In this document: in pieces, positions 25,517 to 39,039 of the stretch
Layout: the number at the start of each line of letters is the position of its first letter
How positions within the stretch are numbered: position 1 is the stretch's first letter
NCBI GenBank assembly: GCA_037379345.1
Contig: CM074523.1
Location: 29,294,995 to 29,358,994, forward strand
Direction of reading: 5' to 3'
Source: Perna viridis
Taxonomy: Eukaryota
Length of the DNA stretch: 64,000 nt
Notes under the pieces: model-generated
What the model was told of the DNA's origin: nothing
Databases searched by the model: none
What the model saw: the letters and a program-made list of their open reading frames with translations, nothing else
Position numbers and translations under genes: made by a program

Positions 25517-26188
25517 GTATGTCTAGTCTTTTTCTGTCCATAAGGAGAACATGGCCTCAAACAAGTTTTTTTTAGTTTCATGAGTTAGGAAAAAAATCAA
25601 ATTTGAGACTTCTTCAACGAAACGATTTCTTAAAAAATAAAAACTAGAAAATACTGTTTTTTAGGCAATTTTACATAAATTGTGATTATGAAAGACACCC
25701 CAAATCATCACTCCCCCCCCCAAAAAAAAAAACTGTGATGCCACATAACACCGTACTGTAGGGGTTCTGCCCATTTAAGTGAGTTCGAAGAATGTAAAAT
25801 TTTAAGAATTTGGAACTTTGCCTCTTTGAAATTTAAAAATCTGACCAAAAAACTATGAAAATGCTTCAGTTTATGATTCGCAAAAGGAAAGTATTAGGAT
25901 ATCAACTCCAAATTACATTTCAGGTTGCACCCCGACAGGCGCGAATTCCCAGGGAGCATTCCCAAAGTAAGCCACCACCCCCCCCCCCCGCCCCCGTAAA
26001 TTATTTGAATATTTTTTGCGTAAAACAGATTTTTTTTATAAATTGTACCCTAAAATTTTTTCTTGTCGCGTTTCGTTTGGCCTTCCACTCAATTTACGCG
26101 CCCTTAACCTGAAATCCTGGATCCGCCCTACACACCTGAAACCTTTATCTGGGCCGACGTTTAATTTTTCATCGTGTTTCCATTTCAG

Positions 26189-26365
26189 GTTGAAAAATTC
26201 CTAGCAAATCGTGGCTATACAGGGAAGGATTTAGACATGGTAGTGACTGATTTCATGGAGACGTACGACCAAAACAAGGACCACGCATTAACAGTAGAAG
26301 AATTTGTAACAACGGAAGAGAAACAGCCATCGGAAAACGAGGAAACAACACACACCGAACTGTAG
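26189..26365 (+). CDS. ER-lumenal EF-hand protein 1, exon 2 (EF-hand 2 and HTEL)
   Basis: TTTCAG acceptor; loop DQNKDHALTVEE; C-terminal HTEL*; spliced product is 112 aa. Confidence 0.85.
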   Translation, partial: VEKFLANRGYTGKDLDMVVTDFMETYDQNKDHALTVEEFVTTEEKQPSENEETTHTEL

Positions 26366-26479
26366 TAGGATAATGTTTTAGAAAGGAGAAGTAGGTGACA
26401 CGTGGTACACGTAGCAACAGAACAGTGTCACATTAGTTGAAAGAATCAAAATACATTTAATTTAGAATATTCTGTACTA

Positions 26480-26955
26480 CATATCCAATAACAGACTGTG
26501 TGACTTATATATCCAATAACAGATTGTGTAACTTATATATCTAATAACAGACTGTGACTTACTGATCTAATAACAGACTGTGTGATTTATATATCAAATA
26601 ACAGACTGTGTGATTTATATATCCAATAACAGACTGTGTGATTTATATATCTAATAACAGACTTTGTGACATATATATTTCATAACAGCCTTGTGACTTA
26701 TATTTCTAATAAAAGACTTGTGACTTATGTATCTAATAACAGACTGTGTGACACATATATATACAATATATATCTGTGTGATTTATATATCCATTAACAG
26801 ACTTGTGACATATATCGAATAACAGACTGTGTGACTTATATATCTAATAACAGACTTGTGACATATATCGAATAACAGACTTTGTGACTTATATATCTAA
26901 TAACAGACTGTGTGACTTATATATTTAATAACAGACTGTGTGACTTATATATTTA
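26480..26955. repeat. ~28-bp minisatellite in the probable 3' UTR of EF-hand gene 1
   Basis: Unit ~TATATATCTAATAACAGACTGTGTGACT; AATAAA follows at ~27005. Confidence 0.9.
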
Positions 26956-27149
26956 TTCAGGTCTATAAAGGCATATCCAAATTATGTCTGTCTCTTTCTT
27001 TGATAATAAAATAAAAACAGAAAGCAAAAAAGCTTGTCTTCGTGTCCTATCGAATCAGTCAAGTTCTTATGTTATATATATACGAACACTAAACTTGATA
27101 CAGATGTGTCGTCAGTAATCAATATTGCGACCATCAAAACCACGATTGT

Positions 27150-27745
27150 TGCCTCAAAATTTTACATGAGTGTGTCTTCTATAAGTTCCCTCTGGTTTAA
27201 TTAAAACTCGCATGTTCGGCTTATTTTTAGATAATGTATAAATTGATAAAGAAAACTGTTAATGTCTCTACTTTCTATTTTTATTGAATGAAACTCTAAA
27301 ACTGATACAGACTATCTCCAAGTCCCTCACGTATGGTATATACTTGTTTCAGCCTTCACGATAGTACTAACTTCATAATAAATACCGAATGAAATTGGAC
27401 AACCATAATTTAATTTATTTATCAAAACCTCACCTCACACCAAGAGACACAGCATATATATTAAACAGTAGCTCTATAGAAATACTAAAAATAACTATCA
27501 ATATTCATAAATATTGGAATGTTGGAATCGAAGGTCAATTTAATTTAACAGAAATTATAATACATAACGTAAAAACTATAGATTAATCTGTTTTGGTGAG
27601 ATTTACACCACTGTCGCACCATGGTCATAAATTTAGTTTATATGTAATGTATATTGCATTGTACTGTTTTTGTTCATGCCATAACCATTTACTTGTAAAT
27701 GTGTTTGTGCAATAAAATTGTCTATTTATTGTCTATTGTCTACTC
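27150..27745 (+). mobile_element. Degraded LINE 3' end
   Basis: KYRMKLDNHNL-like C-terminal motif; CAATAAAA followed by a (TTGTCTA)n tail. Confidence 0.4.
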
Positions 27746-29370
27746 ACTGTGGTAACACATGCGCTTTCGATGAAATCAATATACGTGTAAGTGGGTTACT
27801 CTTTTGTTCACCAGTGTTTGACATGTTCAATATGTGTAGGAAGATAAGATCTTGCACTGGCAAATAATGTTTGTCACCCGTACATAACTAGCTCGTTGAA
27901 AACTCATCATATGTAGTTTATTATATTGCGCCGCCATTTTGATTCGACAAATGGGACATAGTTGAATTTGAACTATTTCTACTCTATAGAAACACTAACT
28001 CCTCTGGTGTTCAAATTCTACCGGATTTTTATTTGCAACATTTAGTTGATCATATTGCACCGCCAATTTTACAGGAGTTATGGGATGTTTTTGTAGGTGA
28101 CCAAGGACATATGGGTACGCTTAGCAATCTTGCTTAAATTCATTTGTAAGTCGCTGATATTGTAAGCGACTTCTTGCACTCGCAATGTCTGTACTTTATA
28201 TTCGCATACGATTTGCATAAATATGTAGTTATACGTCATGTAATGCTGCAGATACTCGCCGGGTTTACCGCCATAGCGTCATAGCTCTAGCTTCATACTG
28301 CATAAAAATGTACCTCTTAAGTATCACACACGTGTGTTCTACGTGTGTTTCTTGCTTGAACGAGAACGGGAAGTTTACATGAAATGATCAAAAATTAGCT
28401 TTGAACATTACCCAGTTTCCGATTCAGGCGCTGGGGGGTCGCTACAAGACTATATAGGTCATATACGTTAGCACCACTAGATGTTTATGAATATTCATTG
28501 CAAGTTGCTTAATCTGGTTCCTAAACTGTTTCCCCTGGTCAATATCATAAGCGATCTAAAGATTGCTACAGCATACCTTTTTATAAAACATATACACATG
28601 TCTATGCGTGTTTTTTGCTTGTATTAGAACGGAAAGTTTACATTAAAAGATAAAATTATCGGTTAGCATTGAATTTATGTAACATTACCCAGCTTCCGAT
28701 TCAAACAGGCATTCGTTGATAATATGAAGGTAATATATATCATCAGGATACCTATATCTTTATATAGCCATTGCCAGTTGTTCAATCGATGATTGAAAAC
28801 ATTCGGGTTATAACTGTTACGAAAGATTTCGCAATAATATCATGGGAACCAAGATTTTAGCGGAAGTCACCCGATTTTAGAGCATATGGCATTTGTACCA
28901 TTTCGAATGTTGAAAGTAAGCTAAAATCAGTGACAGTGAATATTTGATGATTAGCTGCTTTGAAGACTTCAGTCTTTGATTGATTGCAGTAATGCATTGG
29001 AACAATCATTTAATATTTTGCATCTATTAATGCAAATGTAGCTACAACTATAAGAATAAAAATGGAAAAATACAGACCTGTCATCACACTAGTGTCTCAT
29101 AGTAAATCTCTATTGTCATATATCTCTGTGAAATGAAGATTTTTGCATTTTCATATTTTGTTTCTGTAGAAAATCGTATTTATAAGGTTCCCTTAATTAC
29201 TCTTAAAAACTTCTTAATAAATATATGATTGTAAATGTTGATAAATTTATATCCATTTACTATCAGGATAAGACCTATGTTTAGTGGGAACTATCTAAGT
29301 CTCTGAGAACCTTTTGCAGATAACACGGTCATTTAGTTCATGTAGGTACATATACACATGTATTGTCAAA

Positions 29371-29526
29371 ATGTCAATGTGGCAGCTAGGTTGTGTCCTT
29401 GTGGTTTGTTTTTGTGTCTCCAAACTCTGTAGATCTGAGGATGTTTTGAAGGATGAAGTTCTCAGACTTGACACTATCTATAAAGAGATTGATGTGGATA
29501 AAAACAGGAAGCTGACCCGACAAGAG
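29371..29526 (+). CDS. ER-lumenal EF-hand protein 2, exon 1 (signal peptide and EF-hand 1)
   Basis: MSMWQLGCVLVVCFCVSKLCRS signal; YKEIDVDKNRKLTRQE; phase-0 donor GAG|GTAAGA. Confidence 0.85.
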
Positions 29527-30800
29527 GTAAGAACACTTGGAGAAGAACGGCTTGCTGCTGACCCGACAAGAGGTAAGAATACTTGGAGAAGAAGGTTTGT
29601 GTTTAAAATCATTATTACTTTCACCTGAATACGAAAAGATTCTTTCTGTTTATTCCTCTATAACCGAATAGCTCTGGCCTACAACTTAAGTTAGAATTTA
29701 ACCTCCTACAAGACAATTTACAATATGTCCTATTCTCTTCATATATGATGCTAAATACAGGTATATCTATCTAGTTATATTTGAAGAAAGTTAGGCTACG
29801 TGTGTTATTTGTTAGGTTAAAATGAAAGCAATAATTAAAGGGAAATCACGACCAAAAAGACATTAAACTTGGTTTCTCCATGAAGTAAAAACCCCGAAAT
29901 TAGCACTCAATAACTGCATTCAAAGACTAATCGTTTTCACACTAATTATTTTACTTAATTTATTTAGGAAACAAATTTTAAAAACAACTTTAAAGTTAAC
30001 ACTAAAAAACAACAAACCAACTTTGTAGAGATCGTGTAGGTGAATTTAGAAAAAAAGGTATAATGAGGGGGAACGGTCTACAGAACAGGTGTATACAAAA
30101 GCCTAGAAAGCCAAAAAAAAATAAAAAATAAAAGAAAAAAAAAATTTCCCATAACATTACTTTGCCAGATTTCCATTATACTGTAGTATTAAAAAATGAG
30201 GAATGTGGGGATCCATCCCCGGACCCCCTTTTTCTCTGGATCCGCCACTAGCCAGTGACTTTCTCATTATCCTGTAAATTTATACCTGAACTCTTAGATG
30301 CCATACATAACTTGAAGTTCAGACTCAAGGCCATGATATATACCAAAATCGTAGGCAATCTTTACGAAGTTACAGAATATATAACAGTCACTTCTTCCGA
30401 CAAAACTTCCGTTTGACATAGATCACCTTCGACAAATAATTACTTAGTTATATCAACACGTTTTACGCAGTCTTTTTCATTACTATACACATATAGAATT
30501 CAAATGACATTCAACATAGAAACACAAGGCGTTTTAACAAAAAGTAGACACGGCTTTCATAAATATATGTTGCAAAGTATATTTGGTATGATCATATTTC
30601 TAGCTAAACGTATCATAACTCAGACAAGCAACAGTTGGTCATCCTTGTGGCGATCAAGCTGTTTAATTATTTCAGACGGCAACCAAGAGCGGTTGTAATA
30701 GAAACACTGCATTTGGTCTTTTTCAGATTGAGGTTGACCTGACGGCAACAAAGATTGGTTATAAATCACACTTATTGCATTTTGTTATTGTTTTTTTTAG

Positions 30801-30953
30801 ATTGAAGTCTACTTGACGGCTAATAAGCTCGGTTATAAGTCAGACTCGCCACAGTTCAAAGACATCGTGGATTCCTTAATAGGAGGCCATGATACGAATG
30901 GGGACGGGCTGGTCTCCTATGACGAATTTGTTCCGAAACATGACGAACTTTAA
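30801..30953 (+). CDS. ER-lumenal EF-hand protein 2, exon 2 (EF-hand 2 and HDEL); not in the ORF track
   Basis: Poly-T/AG acceptor; IEVYLTANKLGYKSDSPQFKDIVDSLIGGHDTNGDGLVSYDEFVPKHDEL*; spliced product is 102 aa. Confidence 0.88.
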   Translation: MEVYLTANKLGYKSDSPQFKDIVDSLIGGHDTNGDGLVSYDEFVPKHDEL

Positions 30954-31479
30954 AAGACAAATATCGATACATACGCGTCAGAGGAAACAGAAATCATTTC
31001 CAGGACTGAAAACCCGATTCCTGCAAGAACAAAGGACGATTGGCTTTAAAATTAAAAACGTGTGTATATGTTTGAGTCTATCTCGCCGTCCAATGCACAG
31101 AAGACGCCATTTAAAGATCCGTGAATGATTCAGTGATATGCTTAACTTTCAACAAAAACGAAATTTTAATTTTTATAGTTGTATGGCATGGACAGAAAAA
31201 CGGATAAAAAATCCTGACAGTTTTAGCTGAAATTTGAACTACAGTTTTTTTTTTTAAATTTTAGAGCATTTGACACTTGTACACTGTTGAACACCTTTGG
31301 TGATATCTGAAAGCTTTAACTAATTTGGGTTTAGCAAATGCACAGGTGCATTTGTCGCGTTTCGTCATGTCCTTTTGTTTTACTGGTGACGGTTTAAAAT
31401 CGTTAATGATGACTACGTTCGTCGTCCGGCAATTAATAATACACGTGTCCGTTTTTTTCTGCTGTGGGTATTTTCTTTA

Positions 31480-32340
31480 TTGATGCCACACATTGATAAA
31501 AGACAGTTCAGGCATACTTCTATACACGAACTACAGCGATATTTGATAGTATTATGAATAGGATTCCCATTGATACCCTACTGGTCTTGTTGCAATAAAA
31601 CTTTAGAAGTATTGAAGAAACTTCCATGCTATTTCCAATCTGGGCTTTTGAATATTTACAGCCTTTAAGTAATTTTGAAGTATTATATATCTCTATAGCT
31701 TGGTCGATGATCACGGATAGTTTTTAGTCCCAATTGCTCCTATTTCCTATTAGTTCTTTAAAGTTTACAAACTGCGTATGTATTTTGTTTGTTGGTCCTA
31801 GTCTTGGTTTGTCGGATTTATCGTCATTGACATGGCTTGTACGCACTTTAACAGATATCTAATATAATAGAAGTTCTCGTAAAGGTTGGGGTTGTATAGT
31901 ACAACGTATGTTGTGTGTAATAATACACATTTTATGTATGTACTATAGATTACAATATGTATGCTTTATCTGACTCACAGTACTGGATAATATAGGTATA
32001 AAACGTCAATAATATACCTGTCAATACCTGTCAACCAGCTGATGTCAAGAAGGTAAGATTCAATCAAATCTCGATCACTTATAGGCTTGAAGATGCAGAA
32101 TTTAAAGGGGTGACAAAGAGGAAAACAATCTGAAACTAGAAAGGCGTATTTGGGCTCTATACACAAAATGGAGGCACGGGTATGTTGACGAGATACATAT
32201 CCAATGATAAAGACTATTTCTTGTGGAGTACGGTCAGAAAGTACATGTAGCTGTTTGCCGTGTAATTACTCGTAAATCTGTAAATGTATACAGCAAACGC
32301 CTCAGATATCTATGAGCGTATCAATTTTTAATCCGGATGA
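31480..32340 (-). mobile_element. Heavily degraded Gypsy-like pol remnant (RNase H/integrase)
   Basis: LHGKQLHVLSDRTP.EIVF resembles the LYG..F.V.SDHKPLE.IF RNase H motif; weak integrase-like LSVIIDQ further along. Confidence 0.4.
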
Positions 32341-35139
32341 GACTATATTGCTGTCTATTATGTACATCTCTGTCTGTTTTGTTGGAGGATTCTTGTCATA
32401 CCTCTTGTATTTATATTTCCCACAGGATTCATGAATATAAAGTTTATTACATATATTACGGGGGTGTCTCGTTCTCATTCAGATTCCTTATCATTTGCTT
32501 ATGTGTGGCTTTGATAAAGGTACACTCACCCACAGCGTGGTTCAGATTCAGGATCAATGCTTTGATCTTGAACGTTGTTAGTTTTATGCTGAAGAAGGAT
32601 ATCGGTTACCGGTAAGAGGCATGCTATACACGAGCATAAGATAAAATGAGTTAATTTCTACTGTAGTCGATATTCACCTGTTATAAAAGAAAATGTAAAT
32701 TGGATGCTGAAGCAGATGTTACCGTCTCTAAAAAACACATTTATATCAATATGAATTTAGCAATAAATGAAATATATCAGTCAAAGTTAACACCAGGTTT
32801 ATATACCAATACGTGTAATAATAATATAATCATAAAATATATATTGTGTTTAAACTGAAACATTATTTTGATTGTAAGCAACATTTGAAATAGTACGTAA
32901 AATTTTTATCATTTGTACGCCCTTATTTTATTCGATTCGTTTTGGAAATTTTTGCAAGAAATGTGTTTATATAAAAGTTTGAAAAACATAAAGAAAAAGG
33001 TAATATATACATGTACTTTATACCTCTGGGTGAAGAGACACTTTGCACTTTGGAAACAAAGTGCAGTTATTATATCATGAGTTTTTGTTTTGTGGTAAAC
33101 TACAATTAAATTTTCCTGTGCTGTCTCGATCCAAAATTTTATTATGGATATTTAAAAATAGATTGATGTAGAATTATAGGTAAGACCCTTTATATAGATA
33201 AGATAAACATGATTTTTCAACCAAGACACGTGACTATTTATCACTGCAGACTTTTTAAATACACAGGATTTTTTTAAAAGTTATTTGTTAATTGCGTATG
33301 TTTAAAAAAAGATAAAGTTTTAACTATAAATGGTCTAACTTAGAGACATGTGTGACTACGTGTAGGTAAGTCATTTCAATTTGACTCCTTGAAGGTAGGT
33401 CATGATTAATTATAGTATCTGTATCACACAATCAGTTAAGAGACATTATAAGTATACCAATCTATACGTGTACTTCGAATGCCGAGGTTCTGGATTGGTT
33501 TTCGTCTATTTTGTTTTGTATACTGTTCTATCTGTAACCCGCCATTATTGAGACCTACTTTCGATTTTCATCAATGTTTATGTTATAACCGCGGGCAAGG
33601 GGTTGGGGCCAGGTTTGACAAGAGTCAGGGGAGGGGTTGGGTCCAGATTTTCACGGGGTAAATAGAATTAAAAAGCCCGAGCAAATATTTTGGGTAGAGG
33701 TCTTAACAAAATAAGAATTTATGCAAACATTAATTTGAATGTGGGGGTACTGATACTGTAGCCTGCAACGCCTTCCCTGAGATATATGCCTGTTAATATT
33801 TAAATATATTAATATTAGTTAAATTCAAGTATCGAGCCTGAACTTCCACCAAAAATATCATAATGATTAATATACTATAGTGACAGTGGACAAGCAAAGA
33901 TATACATTCCTCCATCGTGTAATAATTGGCTAAAAGTAGTTCATTTGTAAGTCACTACACAGCTAGGTCGGGATCTGTAATAGTGATTACTAGAGTACTA
34001 ATAGTTTTAGAAGGAAACATACCGTTGAAAATATAAATAATATATCTAGTATGATAAAAAAGTTTACATATTTAACTTGACTACGCTTACACTTATAACC
34101 TCTCCCCAAAAAGCTCAAACTCTCAAAATGAAGGTTGTATTTGTCGTTTACGGTATCGGGATAACATTGTGAACATACATACATAAAACGTTAACGAAAA
34201 TCAGTTTCTATAGCTATTTATTTCAAACTTTCAGTTTTGATACAACATGCGTAAGTAAACTTACAATATTTATTTAGATTGGCTTCCTCCTATGTATACA
34301 GGTTGATGTTTTGAACCGGTTTCTTTTCTTGCAAAAGCAATGTGCAATGTACCTTTCTCTGTCTGTGCGTACGTCTTTTCTTCATCTATTTTCAATATAA
34401 CTTGCTTCCATTTCTTTTTAATGGTACCCATCTAAACCAAACCTCTTGAGGACTGGAGATATCGGATTAAATGGAAAGGACTAGTTTGGTTTACACAAAA
34501 ATCAGTAATGTCAAGTTATATAAATCAGCTTTCGTTTTTAAACGATTCGTGTAAGACGGGTACATTAAAAATTATTTTTCCTATAAACTCAAGTAATTTT
34601 TTTACAACAAAAGTTACGTGCACTCAATATGATCCACTGAAAGGCCACTCCTATCAACAGTCTTGCATTTCATATCTCTGAGCGGGTCAAAACATGGAGG
34701 TTATAAAAATATAGTGCGTTTTCTTTTTGTCTCTTTACAATCTAATGTTTTGTCAAAAGATATGAACAATGACCTATAAAATAGAGCAAATATAACACTA
34801 TAAGATGACAAATTTTTGATGTGAAAAATTAACATTATAACATAATGTTCCTCTGAAAAGGTGGTTTGATGAGTGGAAAACGAAATTGAATGTAGAGAAA
34901 ATGGCTATTTTTAGTTTGTTCGATCAGGGAAATTAATTTTTTCTCGTGTCCTTAGAAATGCTTCACAAGTGAAAGTATTATCAATTCAATTTACATATTT
35001 TTTTTAAATCCTAGAAATATGCACTCCATTAAAGATGTCTATCGGAATATCAATGCAAGACTGAGACCAACACTCACATGCTTTTGTACCGTCTCTAATC
35101 TGTTCAATTACTTTCTTCATAGCTTTTTGCTCATAGGTA

Positions 35140-35223
35140 AGCACATGACCCTTACCATACCGGTGCACCTGGGTTACATTCTTTTGATATCCGCTAGAGT
35201 CTTGGTTCCCTTTATTACTCTTT
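35140..35223 (+). mobile_element. Internally deleted Naiad 3' fragment
   Basis: CTTACCATACCGGTGCACCTGG fused to TTACATTCTTTTGAT..CTTGGTTCCCTTTATTACTCTTT. Confidence 0.7.
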
Positions 35224-35478
35224 CATGGCAAGGACGCAATTTATTATGTATTGTAATAGTATCATTGAGTTCATCAGTTTACTCTTTGTTCCAATATTTT
35301 GTTAATGGTATTTTTCACCAAACGCCTTTTCAAACTGAAGTCCGGAGATCCGCAAAATGATATTTCCGGTAATAAGTAAATAAATATAAATATATCAGGT
35401 TGTAAATTTCAAACGGTTTTGCTATTTTGAACAATATGTGACCAAGAGTACCAAAAACAAATCTTCAATATTTTTCAG

Positions 35479-36518
35479 TAAAAGCAGCATTATCATCATT
35501 GACAAAATTTGAAAAAGACACAAAGATCGACCTTCTGTATGAGTTTACTCCGAGAAGCCAGTACGCATGCACAAAATGCATGAAATACAACAGAATTCGA
35601 AATGTAGATCAAATTCATATTGGCAGTCATATTTGCTTCGAACTTGAACTAAAGTTCTACCATGCTATAGTTTCTGAAATAAACAAAATAGACAAAGGTC
35701 GTGTTCTACTTGGAATCATTCATGCTTCAAGGAAAGGTGAGCTTGCGTTGGTGAGAAAGCTTTTCGGTAGGGATTTCACGCAACACGATGTAATAGTACA
35801 AGAAACTTTACCAGAGATAGATATAAACTTGTTCAACATATACACAGTTCAATACGGCCGCCATATCTATCAAAATGAAAAAATACTGAATAGAGCCTTG
35901 TCTCTTGTGACAAGGGCGCGTGGCTTAAGAGTAACAATTGGATCACTTTCAGATGAGAAAATAAGACCGGAAGCTACCTTCAGGCATTCGAATGTACACA
36001 CAACTTCCGAGCAATTCGCATCTTGGTGTGCGACTGGGGAATGCGTCTGTCTTATTGGCAGAGAACATAAAATAGAATACGAGAAGACGCCTGATACTAT
36101 ATCGATGAAGCTGACAGTTGTTTCAGATGATGATCCTGTGAAGTGTGCCACAAAACTGCACCGGGATCATGTACTCTGCGACGCATGCTTTTTGACGGAG
36201 CTCGTGTTATTGGTAAGGGAAACAAAAAATCCAGAGATTCACTACAATCTGGTCTCACCTGACGATACAGCTTGGATAAATGAGCGAAAGATTCCGGGTG
36301 GACTTTACCGCGTAAAATATTTGCCGATGGCGAACGAAGTATTGATTAAGATCAAGCGATATAATTCCAAACTAAAGAGATTTGCATTAGTGGTGAAAAC
36401 TGAATCGTTTTGTTTTACCTTCAAGTCTGGCCGGAAGTGTGAAGTGGACACAGAAGTGAAATATAAGTTTCCTTATCCTTTCTGGAAAATCCCGGGTGAA
36501 GATGATTCCAATTTTTAA
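35479..36518 (+). CDS. LRAT/NC-domain (permuted NlpC/P60, PLAAT/FAM84-like) protein paralog A, main coding exon; catalytic Cys replaced by Ser
   Basis: IGSHICF..FYHAIV..IIHAS..ILNRALS..TSEQFASWCATG (compare NCEHFAxWCxTG). TTTTTCAG acceptor at 35478, phase 1; start codon probably in an upstream exon. Confidence 0.8.
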
Positions 36519-37849
36519 CTGTAGCTCATTATATTTCTAGCATTGACATTTTAGTTGTCTGTTTGACGGATATGCTACAAAAAAGTACATTCAATAAAGT
36601 CTAAATATTAGGATGTGTATTTCTTAAAGCACGTACATTTTGGTTTCAATCTGTATTGTTCTTTTTTCACTCTCTTATTAAAAACAACCCAGTTTTACTT
36701 CTTTTATGAAAACATGCCATTAACATAGAAGATTAATGCTAGTGGTGAGAATGAAAGAACACAAATTATCTCAATATGTAAAACTTAAAACCAACAGGAT
36801 TTCCCAAAGAAAACATTGCAACAAAATCATATATTTTCGTATATTTCACAACATATCGAAACATATGTATTTTTTTTCTTCAAACGTGAAGTCCTACTTG
36901 AAACATACTGCCATAAAATTTCATTAACTTGTTTTTTTATTGATTAAGTGTAAGTGTTTGTATGAATTAGTAAAAACTGGAAAAATCAAAAACATGCATG
37001 TCAAAACCCCACAGATCTGAAAATAGAATATCACTCAAGGATGCTTTCTCTTTTTAAAAATACCATTATTTGATCTCTGTACCATTGGATTTGCTAAAAA
37101 AAAAATTCAATAGAATCTGAGAAAAATGTGGTTTTTGACAGAGTTATCTGCCCTTGAAATTTTCATTTTCAGTGCATTTCAGTGAAAGTATAACTAAATG
37201 TGCTAGCATGATTGGAAAATCTTGTCTGATTGTGCAAATAGTCAAATTACACTATCAAAATGATATTTTTTTTCATAACATGTTTCATCTACTCTCTGAT
37301 TCGTACAGGGACTGACACTTCGTTAGTCTTAAACATAATTATTTTTTTCATATGCTTTTTATGATGGTCCTAAGCATATGTAAAACATATGAAAATCATA
37401 TATTGCAACATGTGTATTTTCATCTACCAAATTATTATGCCATGTTCTGCAAACAGAATGGTCGACTGATATTAAATATAAGCTAAAAGAATAATTATAG
37501 GTAAAAAAAATGATGTGTATGAAAATTACCTTAGAAAATCAAAGTAATCCAGTATTGAGTAAACTTTTATGTTATGTAAACACACTATTTTATCCTTAAT
37601 ATCAGATTTATAATACTAGAAATAACACATAATACTAGAATTGATTAAAGTTTAACAACTAGTTTCGTTCTTCAAGCTTTCCAAATAATTCGTTTTATAT
37701 AGGATCAAAATCGCGGGAAAAGAATAAAAAGCATGTTAATGTTAGTCCAAATTTTTGCAAAGAAAAAATTGTCGTAACAAAATAAAACAAAACAAATAAA
37801 ACCTTTGAACATTTAGTTATCCTTACAACATCTACTATTATTAAGCATG

Positions 37850-37860
37850 GCACACGCACG

Positions 37861-37900
<40 letters not shown>
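37850..37900. repeat. (CA)n microsatellite
   Basis: Seen directly. Confidence 0.9.
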
Positions 37901-37902
<2 letters not shown>

Positions 37903-38619
37903 GCTTAACGAACAAAGAAGTACACCCAAACTTTAATTCCGCTGAACATTATTAGGTTCTTAAACGTGTGCTCCACTTGGGAAAAGACAGAATTTCTCAC
38001 ACTCGTGGAAGATATCCCAGATCTTCACTATTCACGAGTACAAGAACCTATTCCTTCGTTTAAAATTTCTAATACTATATGAATGTATGACACTTTGAAA
38101 GGAGGGTGCCAAAAGAGGTAATTTTGACTTTTTATTTTTTATGAATATTCATGAGCTTTGCTAGGACTACTTTTTTACCTCGCTTTTGATTGGCTGGCTT
38201 TGCCAACGAAAACAGGGTTGAGTGCCGCTGTTTTCACTGTGCTGTGTTCCCCGAAATCAATCAAAAACGAAAGAATCAGTTATCTTAGTCTGTCTTACGG
38301 TTAGAATGGGCGATATGCTAGTAATTTAACAGTTACAATTTAATTTCGTCGATGCAACATGGTCGAATTTGTCGTGGAGCTTCCATAGAAATATTTTAGG
38401 AGATGTTACGACTGGGCTGCTCTGCATTACTGCATTAGATGGTCAAGAAGCAAAGTTAATATATTATATATCTGAGTGTGGAATATGTTTAATATGATAT
38501 ATAATTCACACTGCAAACCACTTTAGTCCACTTACATATAATTACGTGTATAGAATGACGATGACAAGTATCTAAAATTAAACCTGAACTTCCTCGAGGA
38601 TAAGGCAGCAAGTGATACG

Positions 38620-38960
38620 TCTCAATACATACATATTAAGTGAGTCTCATTTGACTAGTATCATAAAAATCTCAAGTCCAATCAGACCGGAATTATCAAA
38701 TATCAAACACTGGGTAAGTCTCATTTGATTAGTATTATCAAATCTCAATACATACATACTAGGTATTACTAAGTCTCATTTGACTATTACATGTATTACT
38801 AAATGTCAATGCATAACGTATTCTGGGTAAGTCTCATTTGATTAGTATTATCAAATTTCTATACATACATACTAAGTAAATCTCATTTGACAAGTTTTAT
38901 CAAATCTCTGTACACACATGCTGAGTCTCATTAAACCGGCATAAACAAATCTCAATACAC
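38620..38960. repeat. Degenerate ~55-60-bp tandem repeat
   Basis: Recurrent AAGTCTCATTTGATTAGTATTATCAAATCTCAATACATACATACT. Confidence 0.7.
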
Positions 38961-39039
38961 TAAATAAAATAATTTTTCTCGTACAAAACTGTGTTACACA
39001 GTTTTGTTTTATGATCACCTCATTTTATAATGACAAAAT

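Noticed and set aside
28700-28760. Minus-strand CTGATGA..CGAA as a hammerhead ribozyme (also CTGATGA at ~9270)
   Set aside because: No convincing stem II or GAAA core, and no stems I/III.
25000-29370. ERSE/UPRE elements upstream of the EF-hand genes
   Set aside because: Only isolated ACGT cores were seen, not a full CCAAT-N9-CCACG or TGACGTGG match.
35019-35136. Possible first coding exon of LRAT paralog A (ATG at 35019, phase-1 GTAAG donor at 35137)
   Set aside because: The phase is compatible, but the donor abuts a Naiad fragment and there is no counterpart in paralog B; it needs RNA evidence.
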